Shown: piece by piece, positions 50,721 through 63,046 of the stretch | How the letters are laid out: every line of letters starts with the position of its first letter | Position numbering within the stretch: position 1 is the first letter of the stretch | Notes under the pieces: model-generated | What the model was told of the DNA's origin: nothing | What the model saw: only the letters and a program-made list of their open reading frames with translations | The model's database searches: none | NCBI GenBank assembly: GCA_010093815.1 | Contig: ML996566.1 | Reading direction: 5' to 3' (one strand) | Length of the DNA: 64,000 nucleotides | Origin: Pseudovirgaria hyperparasitica | Lineage: Eukaryota | Made by a program: the position numbers and the translations under genes

Positions 50721-51586
50721 TCCCCCCCCCTCCCCTGACACTTTCAAATGCTCTAGTCCTTGCTCAGCAAAAAATCCTCTGCAGCGAGTGGGTCGCGGTC
50801 TATCCCCAGTCGCAACCCTGTCTACCCTTGTTCCTGATCGAACCCGATTGCTGCTCATCGCTCTTACGCCCAGCGCAAAATGCACAGCAACCGCCTGCCA
50901 GGGCCGAGCAGGAAAATGCCCCCAGTCTGCGCAGTTCCAAACCATGCGAATATGTGGATGCAGTGGGACAATTATTACCTAGCTACCCTAATACCCCCAA
51001 TATACCACTAAAACCCTAACTTACTCTCTGCTCTCCCAAGCTGCCCGCCCAGCCGCATGTCGACATAAAGCTCTCCCACGTCCCCCGTTCGTGCTTGCCT
51101 ACCACCTGGGACCTACGTGAGAGTTGTCTGTTTGTGATCATTCCTTTTGATCAGTTTGTAAAGTTGCATACTACTTCTGACCATTCGCCTCTCCCATCAT
51201 ATTCCACAATACGCCTCTCTTATACCATTCCTACCAAACTGTGGTTCCACTGCCACCCGCCGCTACCGAGGGTTTCGACAGCATAACGTCACGAACTGGG
51301 TCGTTTCTACTTAGCTTCACACACACGACCAGCACAAAGTATTCGCACCTTTGCCTAGTCCAACACTGCTCTCATACACTTTATAAAGAGCGTCCCCAGC
51401 CTTGAAGCACTTGATTCTATTTCTATTTGGCCATATTCCACAACAAATACAACGACGAGCCTCCTCACCGTCCACCATTCATCAGCTAGATTGCGCCGGC
51501 TCAGCTTCGGGAAATAGCTCGGCGTCCGATCGCACGCACCTCGTCCATCCAACCTGTGAGAGCTCCTTCGTCTTTTGCCCACCGCC

Positions 51587-52600
51587 ATGGATGCGAAAGA
51601 CTCCAACGGCCGTCGAATTTCTCTCTTGAACGCCGACGACACAACATTGCCAAACCGACAGTCTTTCGCCAACACTCGACATTCATCTTACTCGTCGCAA
51701 GGCTCTGCACAATCCTACCAACAGTACACCTTATCGTCCAGCAGCGTGACACGCCTGTCATCCTTCCAGTCGGGCTACTCATCCCCCTGCTCATCTCCGC
51801 AAACGCCGTCTCTAGTTCGCAGCCGCTCATCAGACTCTACGGCAGACATGCAGACTCCCTCGCCCATCACACCTGAATTTGGCTATCTCGATTCTTTGAA
51901 TGCACACCCACAAGCCTACTCGGATTCCACCGCCTACTTCAACAAGGACCTGCCTCAGTATATACCACAACAGCCTCCAACATTGAGTCAGACCTACATG
52001 CAAAGCACGCCTGCTCAGCCAGCCTATTACGCCCAACCTCCTGCCGAGAACAAGTCTGCTCCAGCACAAAAGTCCAAAAAGAATCAGTATCCATGTCCTG
52101 TTGCGAAGCAGTACAACTGCAGTGACCATTTCACCACCTCCGGACATGCTGCTCGCCACGCCAAGAAACACACTGGGAAAAAGGACGCGATGTGCCCTGA
52201 GTGCAACAAAGCGTTCACTCGCAAGGACAACATGGAGCAGCATCGTCGTACCCACTTGAATGGCAGGAGCACCACCAAAGGCACTGCTGTCGAAGACCGT
52301 TCTAGGAAGGTCGTCAAGCAACAGAACATGAAGAGACCAAAGCCTGCACCTCTCCAGGCTGCGCAACCTGTGCAACAAGTGGTTGTTGATCCTGCTCTCC
52401 CTCAGCTACCCATCAGCCCAACAGCCAATTTTCCGATGGCGTCTCAAGTGCATATGGATCCTTATCAACAACATTACATGCCGAGTCACACGTACCCGGA
52501 TCCATCACAATGTGCCATAAATCCAATGTCCATGTCGACCTCTTTCGGCCTGGATACTCTCGCCGCTGCGGCTGCGATTGACAAGCGTGACAGCGAGTAA
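51587..52600 (+). CDS. Two-finger C2H2 transcription factor, Nrg1/CSP-1-like repressor family
   Basis: ACCGCCATGG start. YPCPVAKQYNCSDHFTTSGHAARHAKKHTG and CPECNKAFTRKDNMEQHRRTH; FTTSGHxARH is the Nrg1-family finger. N-terminal ISLLN and C-terminal LDTLAAAA short motifs. Confidence 0.9.
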   Translation: MDAKDSNGRRISLLNADDTTLPNRQSFANTRHSSYSSQGSAQSYQQYTLSSSSVTRLSSFQSGYSSPCSSPQTPSLVRSRSSDSTADMQTPSPITPEFGYLDSLNAHPQAYSDSTAYFNKDLPQYIPQQPPTLSQTYMQSTPAQPAYYAQPPAENKSAPAQKSKKNQYPCPVAKQYNCSDHFTTSGHAARHAKKHTGKKDAMCPECNKAFTRKDNMEQHRRTHLNGRSTTKGTAVEDRSRKVVKQQNMKRPKPAPLQAAQPVQQVVVDPALPQLPISPTANFPMASQVHMDPYQQHYMPSHTYPDPSQCAINPMSMSTSFGLDTLAAAAAIDKRDSE

Positions 52601-55600
52601 CATGATACTTTAGCAGACATGATGGAATCAGATGGCTGTGATGCTACGAGTTTTCTATCCGTTTTTCTGTTGTTGCGCACTTCACGTAATATAGACGCAT
52701 GTCCTCACGGCTCTCCACTGTTATATACTCGCTAGCCGGGCACATCGACACTCTTCTTGTACGACAGCCCGCAAGAAGACGGTGTAGTGTCAAAATTCAG
52801 AACAGGGTTCTGTCACTTTCTTGTTATCTACGATACCCATATTCGGCGTTCCGGTCGAAGTTTCGCATCTGTTCTAGGAAGGCTGGGAAAAAGCATACCG
52901 GTCACAATGTATCTCAAATTCGGAATTGGCCAACGGGATCCAGCGTTGCGATTGCTTGCTATCGCGCGGGTTCGATTCTGTCGCACGGGTGGTTGGATTT
53001 ATGAATATTGATACCCGTGAATCGGCAGTATGGCAAATGCCATCTGCGAAGCACACCGGAATTGTTCTATTTTTTTTGCATACTGTAACTTCCTATTCAT
53101 ATACGCGGTCAACGGGTACACAACTCAGTAAACAATATTCTCCAAACTTAGGAACTACGTCTGCTTCAAAAGTCCTGAACTCTATGTGATATGAACCTTT
53201 GCAGAAACTCGCCAGCACGACGCAACACATCGACTCGTGAACCAACGAGACATAATTGTGCGGGGATACCTGGAAGCTGATCCAATAGGTCCTTGATTCA
53301 ATACTGCACACCTATCATACTGACATACACACGATATACCTGTTGTCGGTGTGCTGAACAGCCGTGCGTAGACATGTAAGCGGGTAATTATTGCAGACGT
53401 CATAGGCGTTTAACTTTTGAATTTGCCCGACGACGCACATTGAATCGCCGATACGACCGGTCATGTTGCATTATGTGAAATGAAGCCTTTCGCGGGACAA
53501 CAGCAGAGTTTGATTCGTGTTTTGTGTTGCTCACATTACCTGCGAGATGTGAGCTTCAGCTTGATTGAATCCTCAAATCCCCAGCCAAAGGAGGACCCTG
53601 AGAGGGGTAGCGTCTCAGGTCTCGTTCGATTTTCCTGACCGGCTAGCCAATCAAGAAAGAACCGTTCACTGCCCACTTGCCGCGTTTGTGCTGGTTGGCT
53701 GGGAAAGAAGCTTTAACTTTAATGTTCCCTACTCCGCATCTCTCTTCACATTTCTTTCCCCCCTCCACCTGGCCAGACCTTCCTTGTGTGCTAGCTAGCA
53801 GCGTGTAGTCCCTCGCGATGTTATTCGTGGACGGCTTGACCGGTCTGGTGTCTGGACTTTGGACCCCTCTCATCTTCGTCTGTTGTCTACTGTACGCGGG
53901 TGTTCACTAACGGCTCGTTTTCCACGCCAGCAGTATACAACGGAACACGTAGAGCTGAAGTCAAGTACGCGTCATTCATTTGATCGAGAGCTCTGAGCCT
54001 GACCCCGCACGACCACGTCCAACATCCCCCTCTCGAGCATCAAATCACATTACCTGCTACTGGCGCATCGCGTCCAAGGTGGAACGTTTCCGCTCCATAG
54101 AAACGATGCAACGAGGTTGGCCGGCAACCCTGTCGAAGACCTGATGCGCTTCTGAATATTACCTGGCGTCTTCAGGACCGATCTAAGTACATATTTGCCC
54201 TAGATCGAAGTGGTGCGTCTTGCACGAACCGTTTAAGGGGGGGAGATCCCGGCACCAAGGGTACGCGTGATTTTCGACATCCCAGGCAGTTCGTCCGATG
54301 CTATCGAATGATAGTATGCGGCCAGCGGGCGTTAAAGGGCTTAGAGCTTCCGCCAATATTCTATGGGGATTTACGATGCTCAATCGACGATGAGCTGCTC
54401 CTCCAGCCTTCTCCTGCTCTGTGCCGAACGTAGAAAATGATGTCGAAGGACAGTTTCCGCAGCAAGATTTGGATATACCCTCGGTTCCCGGGTACACGTC
54501 ACTGGCAGGCTCACGCTCCCAACAGCCAGCCAGGGATGTGTGTGCCCGGTCGCAACGTGAGCGCGCACTGATCAGAACGCAGCACTCAACACCAAGCTAC
54601 TCTCACGATCTTTCGGCCTGTCAATAAAGCTGCAGACATCGAAAGAACGCTCATATTGCTATTTTGAGCCTCAATGGACCCTGCTTCACGCCCTGTGCGC
54701 AAAGTCGCGCAGCCTGTTGACATTGGACCGTTGTGGACAGCGCTGATCTCGTGACTGCGATGGACCGTGAGGGTCTTTTGCCCCACACCACGAGTCGCAA
54801 AGATCGGTGATCGCAAATGTTAAATCTCGATGCCAACTCCCATGATCGCCTCAAGATTCCCCTTGTGGTCAAAAACCGTATCGTCAGTGCGCATGCATGC
54901 ATGATGACTACTGCATCGCTGCTTGCTGACTACTGTAATACCAATCTACAGCCTTTCTACCTGACAGATCCCCCCTACGTCTTTGCGACGCCCTGCCACG
55001 TTGACAAGCGGCATCCCTGGAAGACTCCCAGATCCTAATCTTGTTACCGCGTCGTCCTGGTTTCTGATCATAATACCCTGGTCTGTTTCGCGCGTTATCG
55101 GTCGTAAAAACAAATGTCATTGTCACAAGAAGAGCTGTGCATTTTAGATCGTGGTCACGGACTCGCAGCGAGACTTGACTGCTCCTGACCTTTCATCTCA
55201 TTCTGCCGCCCATCTCACGGGCTCTTCAACACCAGATCCACAGCCACTTTTCGATCTGACGATGCAGTCTTGGTGTTCCGTGCCCAGGCGGACCTGCTAA
55301 ACACCCACACCTGCCTCCTGGTGAGACATGCAGATGCGGTAAAGCCGCCCCTTGGGTTCCTAATACGCTCTATCTACTGTATACCTGTTTTCTTCTACCT
55401 ACTTTTTGCGACCTGGTCTGCAATCACGATCGGTCCATTTGTCCCGTCTTTGCAAATGCGCGATCCACGATGACCCTCAAGGCGGCAGTGCTAGGGCATC
55501 AGGTCAGACTATGCATTCAACAAAGACTTATTTTCTTACCTCTATCATGAACTTTGATTTCCGTTCTTATCAGTCCTCGCAAGCATTTTCACAAATGACG

Positions 55601-57033
55601 TCAGTGCATAGGTACCAGCCCTGGTGGCTAGACAACATGCAGGACAGCGGGCCTCTCATAGCAGGGTCCACCAGGCCCTCCCTCCCATGCCCATCGACAC
55701 AAGTCATGAACGCTGTTTCATCAGTCTCGTCCTCTCCTAGCATGGAATCTTCGGCCGACCTCAGGATTTCCTAATTAGTTAGCATTAACACCCACGTCTT
55801 AACCTGCTTCAAGACAGCCTCACTATCCCAGGAGCCAGGCCGGGACACGCAGACCTGAGACAACAACGAACACACACCATCCATCCATAGTAGCAAGGCA
55901 TGTTTCACACGCATCCCGTCCCATCCCACACATACACCCCCGCGGGACCTGCTAAAGTTCATCCACGACAACCACCAACACACAAACACGATTCACGATC
56001 TCGCACATCATCAAGACAGGTAAGTAAGTCAGTCGCATGACAACGCCCACCAGCACCACCACCAGCCCAGCATAAATCCCCCAAGATCTCGCCTCACCAG
56101 CTCTGATCTCCCATGCAAAAAATAATCCCGCCATCCATAGACCCCCCTCCCTCCCCCCAAAGAAATCTGCCACATCTCCGAGTCCGCGCACCCGCGTGCC
56201 TGCCTAAGCAAGGCGCCTGCCGTTGCGCGGCAAGCGGCAGTTCTTTTTTTCTTTTCTTCTCGATGCCGATCGAATATCATGCGTGATCTCCGTCTTGCTG
56301 CATATGCTAGCTGCAACGCACGAGCACCTGAGCACACGCGCGCGTGCGTGCGCCCGCCCGCATATATGTCCTGCGGTCGGTCGTGGTCTGTATGGGGAAT
56401 TTTTTTTAATATGGCTACTACGTCATACTCGGTGCATGGGGTTATGATGACGATGATGGGATTGTCTTCGGGGGATTTATGCGGGTGTGTGTGTACATTG
56501 TGGCTGGGCGGGATGGGTTTGAATGAATGAGTGAGTTGAGGCCGTTGCTGGGGGGAGCTTGAGGTATTCGGGGATTTTATGTCGTGCTGCTGTGGCGTTC
56601 GTTGGTAGTATTATATCATGAAGGTGTGGTTCAGGGTTCTTTGCGTGGACCTGGTGTTATGGACATGGTACGGTGTTGAGGAAGAAGAAAGCTTGTGTTT
56701 GCATGATCATCATCGATCTGAACCGCCAGGCAGGGAGGAGGAAGGGATATGGATTGTTTGCTTTTCGTAGTATGGCGTTGGGTGGCTTTGGGCGCGATGC
56801 TGAGGTGGGTTGCTTTGAGCTGGGATGGGAGTAATGTGATGTGTTATATGTAGAGGTAGTTGGGACTTTTGACTGGTTCTGCGATATTCATGCTGAAGTA
56901 TTTGGGGAGGGGATTCAGTTTATACTGTTTGTCTGATCCAGATTAAGCGTTCAAGATTCCCAATAATTATCTGAGCTGGCCACACGACGGCAGCGTCTCC
57001 AACCCCCATCAAGCAACGAGGTCTGATCTGCTC

Positions 57034-57041
57034 TAATATAA
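57034..57041 (+). promoter_or_regulatory. TATA-like element ~29 bp upstream of the 5S gene
   Basis: TAATATAA at the position typical of dispersed fungal 5S genes. Confidence 0.55.
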
Positions 57042-57064
57042 TCTCATTTTTGCAGACTTCAAGC

Positions 57065-57183
57065 ACATTCGGCCATACCAACCAGAAAGCAAGCGGTCCC
57101 GTTCGCTCCCGCCTATTTAAGTTGGTTAGGGGTGGATTAGTAGTTAGGTGGGTGACCACTAGCGAATACCCACTGCTGAATGT
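57065..57183 (+). rRNA. Dispersed 5S rRNA gene
   Basis: 119 nt. Terminal helix ACATTCGGC/GCTGAATGT; conserved CCATA, CCCGTTCGCT, TAGTAGT, GCGAATAC; followed by a T-rich Pol III terminator. Confidence 0.95.
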
Positions 57184-57472
57184 TTTGTATTTTTGCTTGA
57201 TTGAACTGGAATCTGTTTGCTTAATCATCCGCCCAAGTGTATTATATATCTTCATGTTATTATTATATACGGTCTGTTTCGTCAAAAGTGCAATGTGAGG
57301 TTCATGATATGTTATATTGTTTGTTTCACAGTGAAATACATGTGTGGTATCTGGACTACTTTCGAGGCAGGATGTTTATCCTGCTGCGCGTCCACTGACA
57401 GACCTTGACGCCGTGAGATGCAATGTCCCCCCAATAACTCCAACATCAATCACGATTTGAGATTCTCTTGCT

Positions 57473-58765
57473 TTACGCCCGTCCACCGGCATTGACCTGG
57501 CTCATGAAACGCTCGAAACTGACGTCCTCCTCCATCAGGTCATCCTGATCACCGCCTCTCAAGGCCTGCATGTACCGCTGCTGTAACCCGTCCTGCGTGC
57601 CAGCCCCTCCAAAGTCCTCGTCTTCCTCATCGTCGTCATCATCATCATCAACGCGACCTGCGTGAAACTCATTCAAGTCCTCCTCCTCGTCCTCTGCCTC
57701 ACTGACCGTCTCCGGCTCCTCCTTGGAAGGCGGGCCAGTCCGCGTCTTCTTCCCCTTGCCAGCCTCCGTCACATTCATATCCCGCATCAGTCTATCGAGA
57801 TCCCGCTGCCGGCGCTCCTCCTTATCCCTGCCCTTCTGCGCCATCCGCCGCTCCAGCTCGGGCTTGTAGTCGCGCAGAAACTCCTCCTTCTTCGTCTCCA
57901 CGGCCGCAAAAAACCCGTCGATCCCGTCGCCCGTCATGCTGCTCACGCCCACCACAGACAGGTGCTTGTAGAACTCCTCAAGCACCATCCCCATACTACT
58001 CAGCAGACTGCCCATATACCCGCTTCCCCCACCGCCGAGCGCATCGTTGCCCTCCGCGCCGCCAAACGTGCCCGCGTCTTCCTCGCTGCGCAGCGCCCGC
58101 TGAAAGGCCTCCCAGTCGCCCATCCACGTCGCCGCGAAGCCGGCGTCCGCGATGTCGGTCTTGTTGAACACGAGGATCATGGGCAGCTTCGTCTTGTACA
58201 GGATCGAGACGGCATACAGCATGTTGCTCATGAAGGTGCTCGTTGCCGTCGTGCGCGGCGTGTCAATTACGTATGCGATCACGGTCGGGAAACTGCTTGC
58301 CAGCGCATTCAGCAGGATGTCCCCGCTTGCGCTCCACACAAACACTTCTATCTGACCCGGCGTGTCGACGAGGATGTGGCGGATGCGAGGTGTTGTGACG
58401 GTGGCGGTGGCGGGCGCGGTGCGCTTCTCCAGCAGCGCGAGGATCTGGTCGATCTTGGTGCTGAAGAGGTTGAGCGAGGTGAGGATGCCGCCGTTGGGCC
58501 CGAGGTTGTACTGCGCCATTACCTCCTTGTAGTTTACCGAGTCGCGGATGTCGATGTTGCTGTCGAAGGGGACGTTGAGGACGGCGGGGTCGAGGTTGAC
58601 GACGTAGGGGGCCTGCTTTTTGGAGTGGAGGTGCGCGTTGATGCGTTGCATGAAGGTTGTTTTGCCGGAGCCGGCCATGCCTACGCAGACTATTGCCACG
58701 GGGGAGTCGGTGGTGTGAGGGGTGGTGGTTGAGGGCGTGGGGTTTGGGGGGGTGGAGGTGGCCAT
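57473..58765 (-). CDS. NPA3: GPN-loop GTPase 1 (Npa3/GPN1)
   Basis: [43 protein letters not shown]; acidic C-terminal tail. Confidence 0.96.
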   Translation of the reverse strand: MATSTPPNPTPSTTTPHTTDSPVAIVCVGMAGSGKTTFMQRINAHLHSKKQAPYVVNLDPAVLNVPFDSNIDIRDSVNYKEVMAQYNLGPNGGILTSLNLFSTKIDQILALLEKRTAPATATVTTPRIRHILVDTPGQIEVFVWSASGDILLNALASSFPTVIAYVIDTPRTTATSTFMSNMLYAVSILYKTKLPMILVFNKTDIADAGFAATWMGDWEAFQRALRSEEDAGTFGGAEGNDALGGGGSGYMGSLLSSMGMVLEEFYKHLSVVGVSSMTGDGIDGFFAAVETKKEEFLRDYKPELERRMAQKGRDKEERRQRDLDRLMRDMNVTEAGKGKKTRTGPPSKEEPETVSEAEDEEEDLNEFHAGRVDDDDDDDEEDEDFGGAGTQDGLQQRYMQALRGGDQDDLMEEDVSFERFMSQVNAGGRA

Positions 58766-59101
58766 GATGGGGAGAGAGAGAGAAGCTCTTGCGAGCGTGA
58801 GGTATGTTGGGAAGCTCTCACGATGGATTTGTAGGTGTGGTTTTGTATCCGGTTCTGTGTCCTTTGGCAGTTCGAGTCCGTTTGGTGTAGCGTTGTTGGA
58901 GTTGTCGCGACATCACAAGCAAGGCCCCTCAGATCGACACATGAAGTTGACTTTTTGCGCACGGACGTCGGCGAAGCAGCCGGAGGAGAGCAGCCAGCCA
59001 GCCAGCCAACTTTAGCGTCCGAAGCTTAGCTCCCTCCCATCCGCGAACGTGATTTCAAGCTTGCATCAACCAACAAATTCCGCCAGAGCACACAAGACGC
59101 A

Positions 59102-61336
59102 ATGGGCTTGGACGACTTTGAAAAGGAGCTGGCCGAGAGCAAAGCGAAAGAGTCGCATTCGCATCGGAAACGCGACAGGAGCCGGAGTAGGGACAGACAT
59201 CACCATCGCTCAAAGGTTTGTATACCAAAACACGCTGCTGAGATTGCAGAGGTTGACAGATGGATAGCATGATGACAAGCATCGGCACAGCCATAAGCAC
59301 CGTTCGTCCCGGAGAGAGAGTTCTCGCGACCGTGACGGCGACTCCAAGCACCGACACAAGCGTTCGCGACGCGATGACGACAATAAACCATCTCACAAGG
59401 ATCGCGAAGCCTCCGACACGTTGATAGCAGCGCCACAAGAGCCTCTCGATGACGAGGAAGACGAGTGGGTAGAGAAGGAGGTAGCGCCACCCCCAGACGA
59501 CGATATCCTAGACCAACAGCTCGAGGAATACGCAACGAAGGATTTAAAGCGCGATGCCTGGATGGAAGCCCCCTCATCACTGGACGTAGACTACGTACAC
59601 AAGAGGAAGAAAGAGGAGGCGAAGCCGCACAGGATCCAAGCCACGCAAAACGACTACAACCTCAAGGTCCATAAAAACGAGCTCAACAGCTTCCTGAAGA
59701 ATGTTGGAGAATTCAAGAAGGCAAACGATCTTGCGGAAGAGCCCGCGCAGCACGAAATAGACTATACATTTGGGGACTCCGGGTCACAGTGGCGTATGAC
59801 GAAGCTCAAGGCGGTGTATCGGAAAGCGAAGGAGACTGATCAGCCATTGGAGGAGGTTGCGCTGGAGCGATACGAAGACCTGCGCGCGTTTGACGATGCG
59901 AGGGAAGAAGAGATAGAGCTGGACCGTCGGAATATGTACGGAAGAGATTATGTCGGGAAAGAGAAGCCCAGTGGAGAACTGTTCCAGGAGCGAAAGATGA
60001 ATATGGGCATTCGAAGAGAACCAAGACCTTCCGAGCAACTGGATGTGGGGGACTTACCGCAAGGTCAGATTGTCCCCGAACAAGCAGCGCCGGTGAATAC
60101 GGCTATACTCGATCAGACAGCTTTGAACAAGCTCAAGGCCCAAATGATGAAGGCGAAGCTTCGTGGTGCGGAGAATGCAGTTCGGCTGGAACAAGAATAT
60201 AACGATGCTGTCGCTGCTGCTGCGGCAAATCCCAGAGAGTCCGATGTCGTTGTTCTGGGTGCCATGGACAATCGGATGCTAACAGGAGGTCGAAAGGGCG
60301 AGGTGACAGCAGTGCAAAACAAGAGGGGCAGAGAGCGCGGTACTGTTGTTGAGAACGAGGATATGAGTATAGAAGACATGGTCAGACAAGAGAGACGGAC
60401 GAGGAACCAAGCAGGTAGAGAAGGCATGGCGCTCGCGGAAAGGATAGCCAAGGATGGCAAGTTTGACGTAAGTAAACCTAAACCTCCATATTGGATAGCC
60501 ACTCACAAGTGCTGCAGAACGATCTCGACTACATGGACGAGAATGCCGAGAAGCTTGCGAAGCGCGTGGCCAAGTCGGAAATCAACCTTCGAAACATGGC
60601 CATCAACGACTTCCAAAAGATGAACCGCATCCTCGACTCGTGTATCCTCTGCCACCATGAGGATACCAATAAGCCCCCTGTCGCGCCCATCGTCTCTCTG
60701 GGTACCCGCGTCTACCTTACCCTTGCCACAGAACCCGAGCTTACTGAAGGTGGCTCCGTCATTGTACCGATCCAACATCGTACCAATCTCCTAGAGTGCG
60801 ACGACGATGAATGGGAAGAGATTCGCAACTTCATGAAGTGCCTTACCCGCATGTACCACGATCAGGGGCGCGAGGTACTCTTCTACGAAAACGCCGTCGC
60901 GCCTCAGCGCAGGAAACACGCAGCCATGATGGCCGTTCCGATTCCATACTCCCTCGGCGATACCGCCCCGGCATTCTTCAAGGAGGCTATGCTCACAGCA
61001 GATGACGAGTGGTCTCAGCACAAGAAGATTATCGATACACTAAAGCGTTCGAGGGAGGGAATGGGCCGAGTGGCGTTCCGCAGAAGCATTGCGAAAGAGA
61101 TGCCTTACTTCCATGTCTGGTTCGAGCTGGACGGCGGCATGGGACACGTGGTGGAGAACGAAGCTAGATGGCCAAAGGGCGACTTGTTCGCGCGGGAGAT
61201 TATCGGCGGCATGGTCGATGCTGCCCCGGATGTCATCAAGAGACAAGGCCGCTGGAGCCGAGAGGATCGGCGGGTGGAACCGTTCAGGAAGAGGTGGAGG
61301 AAATTCGACTGGACGAGAGTTTTGACAGACGGATAA
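59102..61336 (+). CDS. cwf19: Pre-mRNA splicing factor Cwf19 / CWF19L2 (CwfJ C-terminal domains)
   Basis: Exons 59102-59215, 59268-60467, 60518-61336 splice in frame. KRDAWM, GDSGSQWRM, C..C, IVPIQH, EWEEIRNFMK, WSQHKK, PYFHVWF, FDWT. Confidence 0.93.
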
Positions 61337-61775
61337 GGAGTCAGTTAATGTGATGATAATTGTGCCGCAGACTGCCCGCCATATTGATCGTATCCGCCAC
61401 CCTCAATCCCAGATCCTATTCACTCATGTTGTGCTAGTTCACTTTGTTTAGAGATAACATTATGTGACGGTGGGAAGTGAAGGCTTTGAGTTGGTCGCCT
61501 AAGTTCTTGTTATAAAGTCTTCTTATTCCTCGAAAATACTTGACTGTGGTTTTCACGCACCTTCTACAGCTTTACCCGGCAGGCAATAATAGCCTTTGAG
61601 AACATTGACTTGAACAGACCAATATAGCAGACAACCAACTACACAAGCTCAACAGCCCTGTCAACGCCTTCTCGCCCTCCCAGATTCGATCCCTACTCCT
61701 GCGATCCACACCCCGGCCTCACCTTCCTCCACACACAACTTCCTCCCCACACTTAACAAAGCAACCACCATCAAC

Positions 61776-62388
61776 ATGTTCTCCCCACACAAACAGAAGC
61801 AGATCATCCTCAAGCCCATGCCACGCATCCTCCAAATCAGACTCATGTCAAACACCGGCAGCACCCGCTACGCCTACCTCCCCGAAACCGCGCCCCTGAG
61901 CGAGCTCATGGAGGCCTGGTGCACCGAAACCAGCACCGTGCCCGCCTGGACATGTTTCTTCCACGGCCGCCTCAACACACTGCTCGCGTACAACCAGACC
62001 GCTGCTTCGGTAAGACATCATTCTTTCTCTCCATCCATCCTGAGCCTTTCCCCCAGCACTAGCTTTTTTTTTTTTTTTTTTTTTTTAATTCCCCACGAGA
62101 AGCAGAAAAACTAACCCCACCCCCCGTGTGCCCGCACAGGCGCGACTCTGCGATCTAGACACGGTGAAAGTGGACGTCAACCAGGCGTACGATGGCCTGC
62201 GCGGCCAGTGGGCGTATGCGAATGGGTTTTTTGAGAGGTGGTGGTGTGCGGAGCAGGGGTTGGGGGAGGAGGCTCGGCGGGCGCCGGTTTCGGAGGATAT
62301 GCTTGTTGCGCGGGAGATGATGGCTAGGGAGATGGCTGTGAGGTCGAGGAGGGGGGTGGCGCGGTCGGAGGAGTGGTTGTGGGTTTGA
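61776..62388 (+). CDS. Small protein with one divergent SUMO/ubiquitin-like domain and a C-terminal extension
   Basis: Intron 62010-62139 (phase 0) gives ..PLSELMEAWC..FFHG..NQTAAS|ARLCDLDTVKV, matching the SUMO-like L..LM.A[FYW]C and T....[LM].D.D.[IV].V pattern. Confidence 0.6.
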
Positions 62389-63046
62389 TGGTTTCTGGAG
62401 AGGGGGGTTGGGGTTGGGGATGTGCTGCGCATTGGTATGGAGTAGGGTTGGGTATGGGGGTTTGGGATAGGATTAAGGGGGTATGGATGAGGAACAGGGT
62501 GGGTGTTGGGACATGGGTTCGTCGTAGCCTGACGTTTTGGGTTTATTCGTAGGCGGTTCATGGCTGTGAAATGCTAAATGACACAGAGCATGTCCTACGT
62601 GATGCGCAATGTTGGTTGTGGTTTGTGAAATTTGCCAGTGGGATCCTCGGTCAACGTCGATGAGGATGGCTATGGACTGCCGGGTGAGTTGAGCATAAGG
62701 AGTTATAATTCAAGTGGTTTGTAGTGTGAGTCGGCAAGAGTAGTGATTCAAGTTGACGCTGTTCAAGCACTGTTGCGAGGCAAAACAGACGTTTCTGGAC
62801 ACCGATTTGAAAAGGGATATAGCTTTCACTTGATAACTAAGTTGAACAGCACGGTCATGCTTTCATCATAGCCCAACACTAGACATGCCATGTTACTTTT
62901 CTTGAACAGTACTGTTGTAGTCTTTCACCATCTGAGAGGAACTATATATAACAGGCACCGCCCATAGCAATCACAGTTCTTACACCTTCCACTACACACC
63001 ACCTACCACTACACACCACATACCACTTGACCTCTAACAATTCATC

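Noticed and set aside
50245..51019. ORFs of 245 and 196 aa upstream of the C2H2 gene
   Set aside because: They span the N gap, have no protein-like features, and lie in probable promoter/5' region.
52699..56900. Many 60-120 aa ORFs downstream of the C2H2 gene
   Set aside because: No motifs, coding-like composition or convincing splice structure.
39400..57183. Starship-type giant element associated with the 5S gene
   Set aside because: No tyrosine-recombinase (DUF3435) captain gene recognised, and the 5S gene is uninterrupted.
57662..58732. 356-aa plus-strand ORF
   Set aside because: Antisense shadow of GC-rich GPN1/NPA3.
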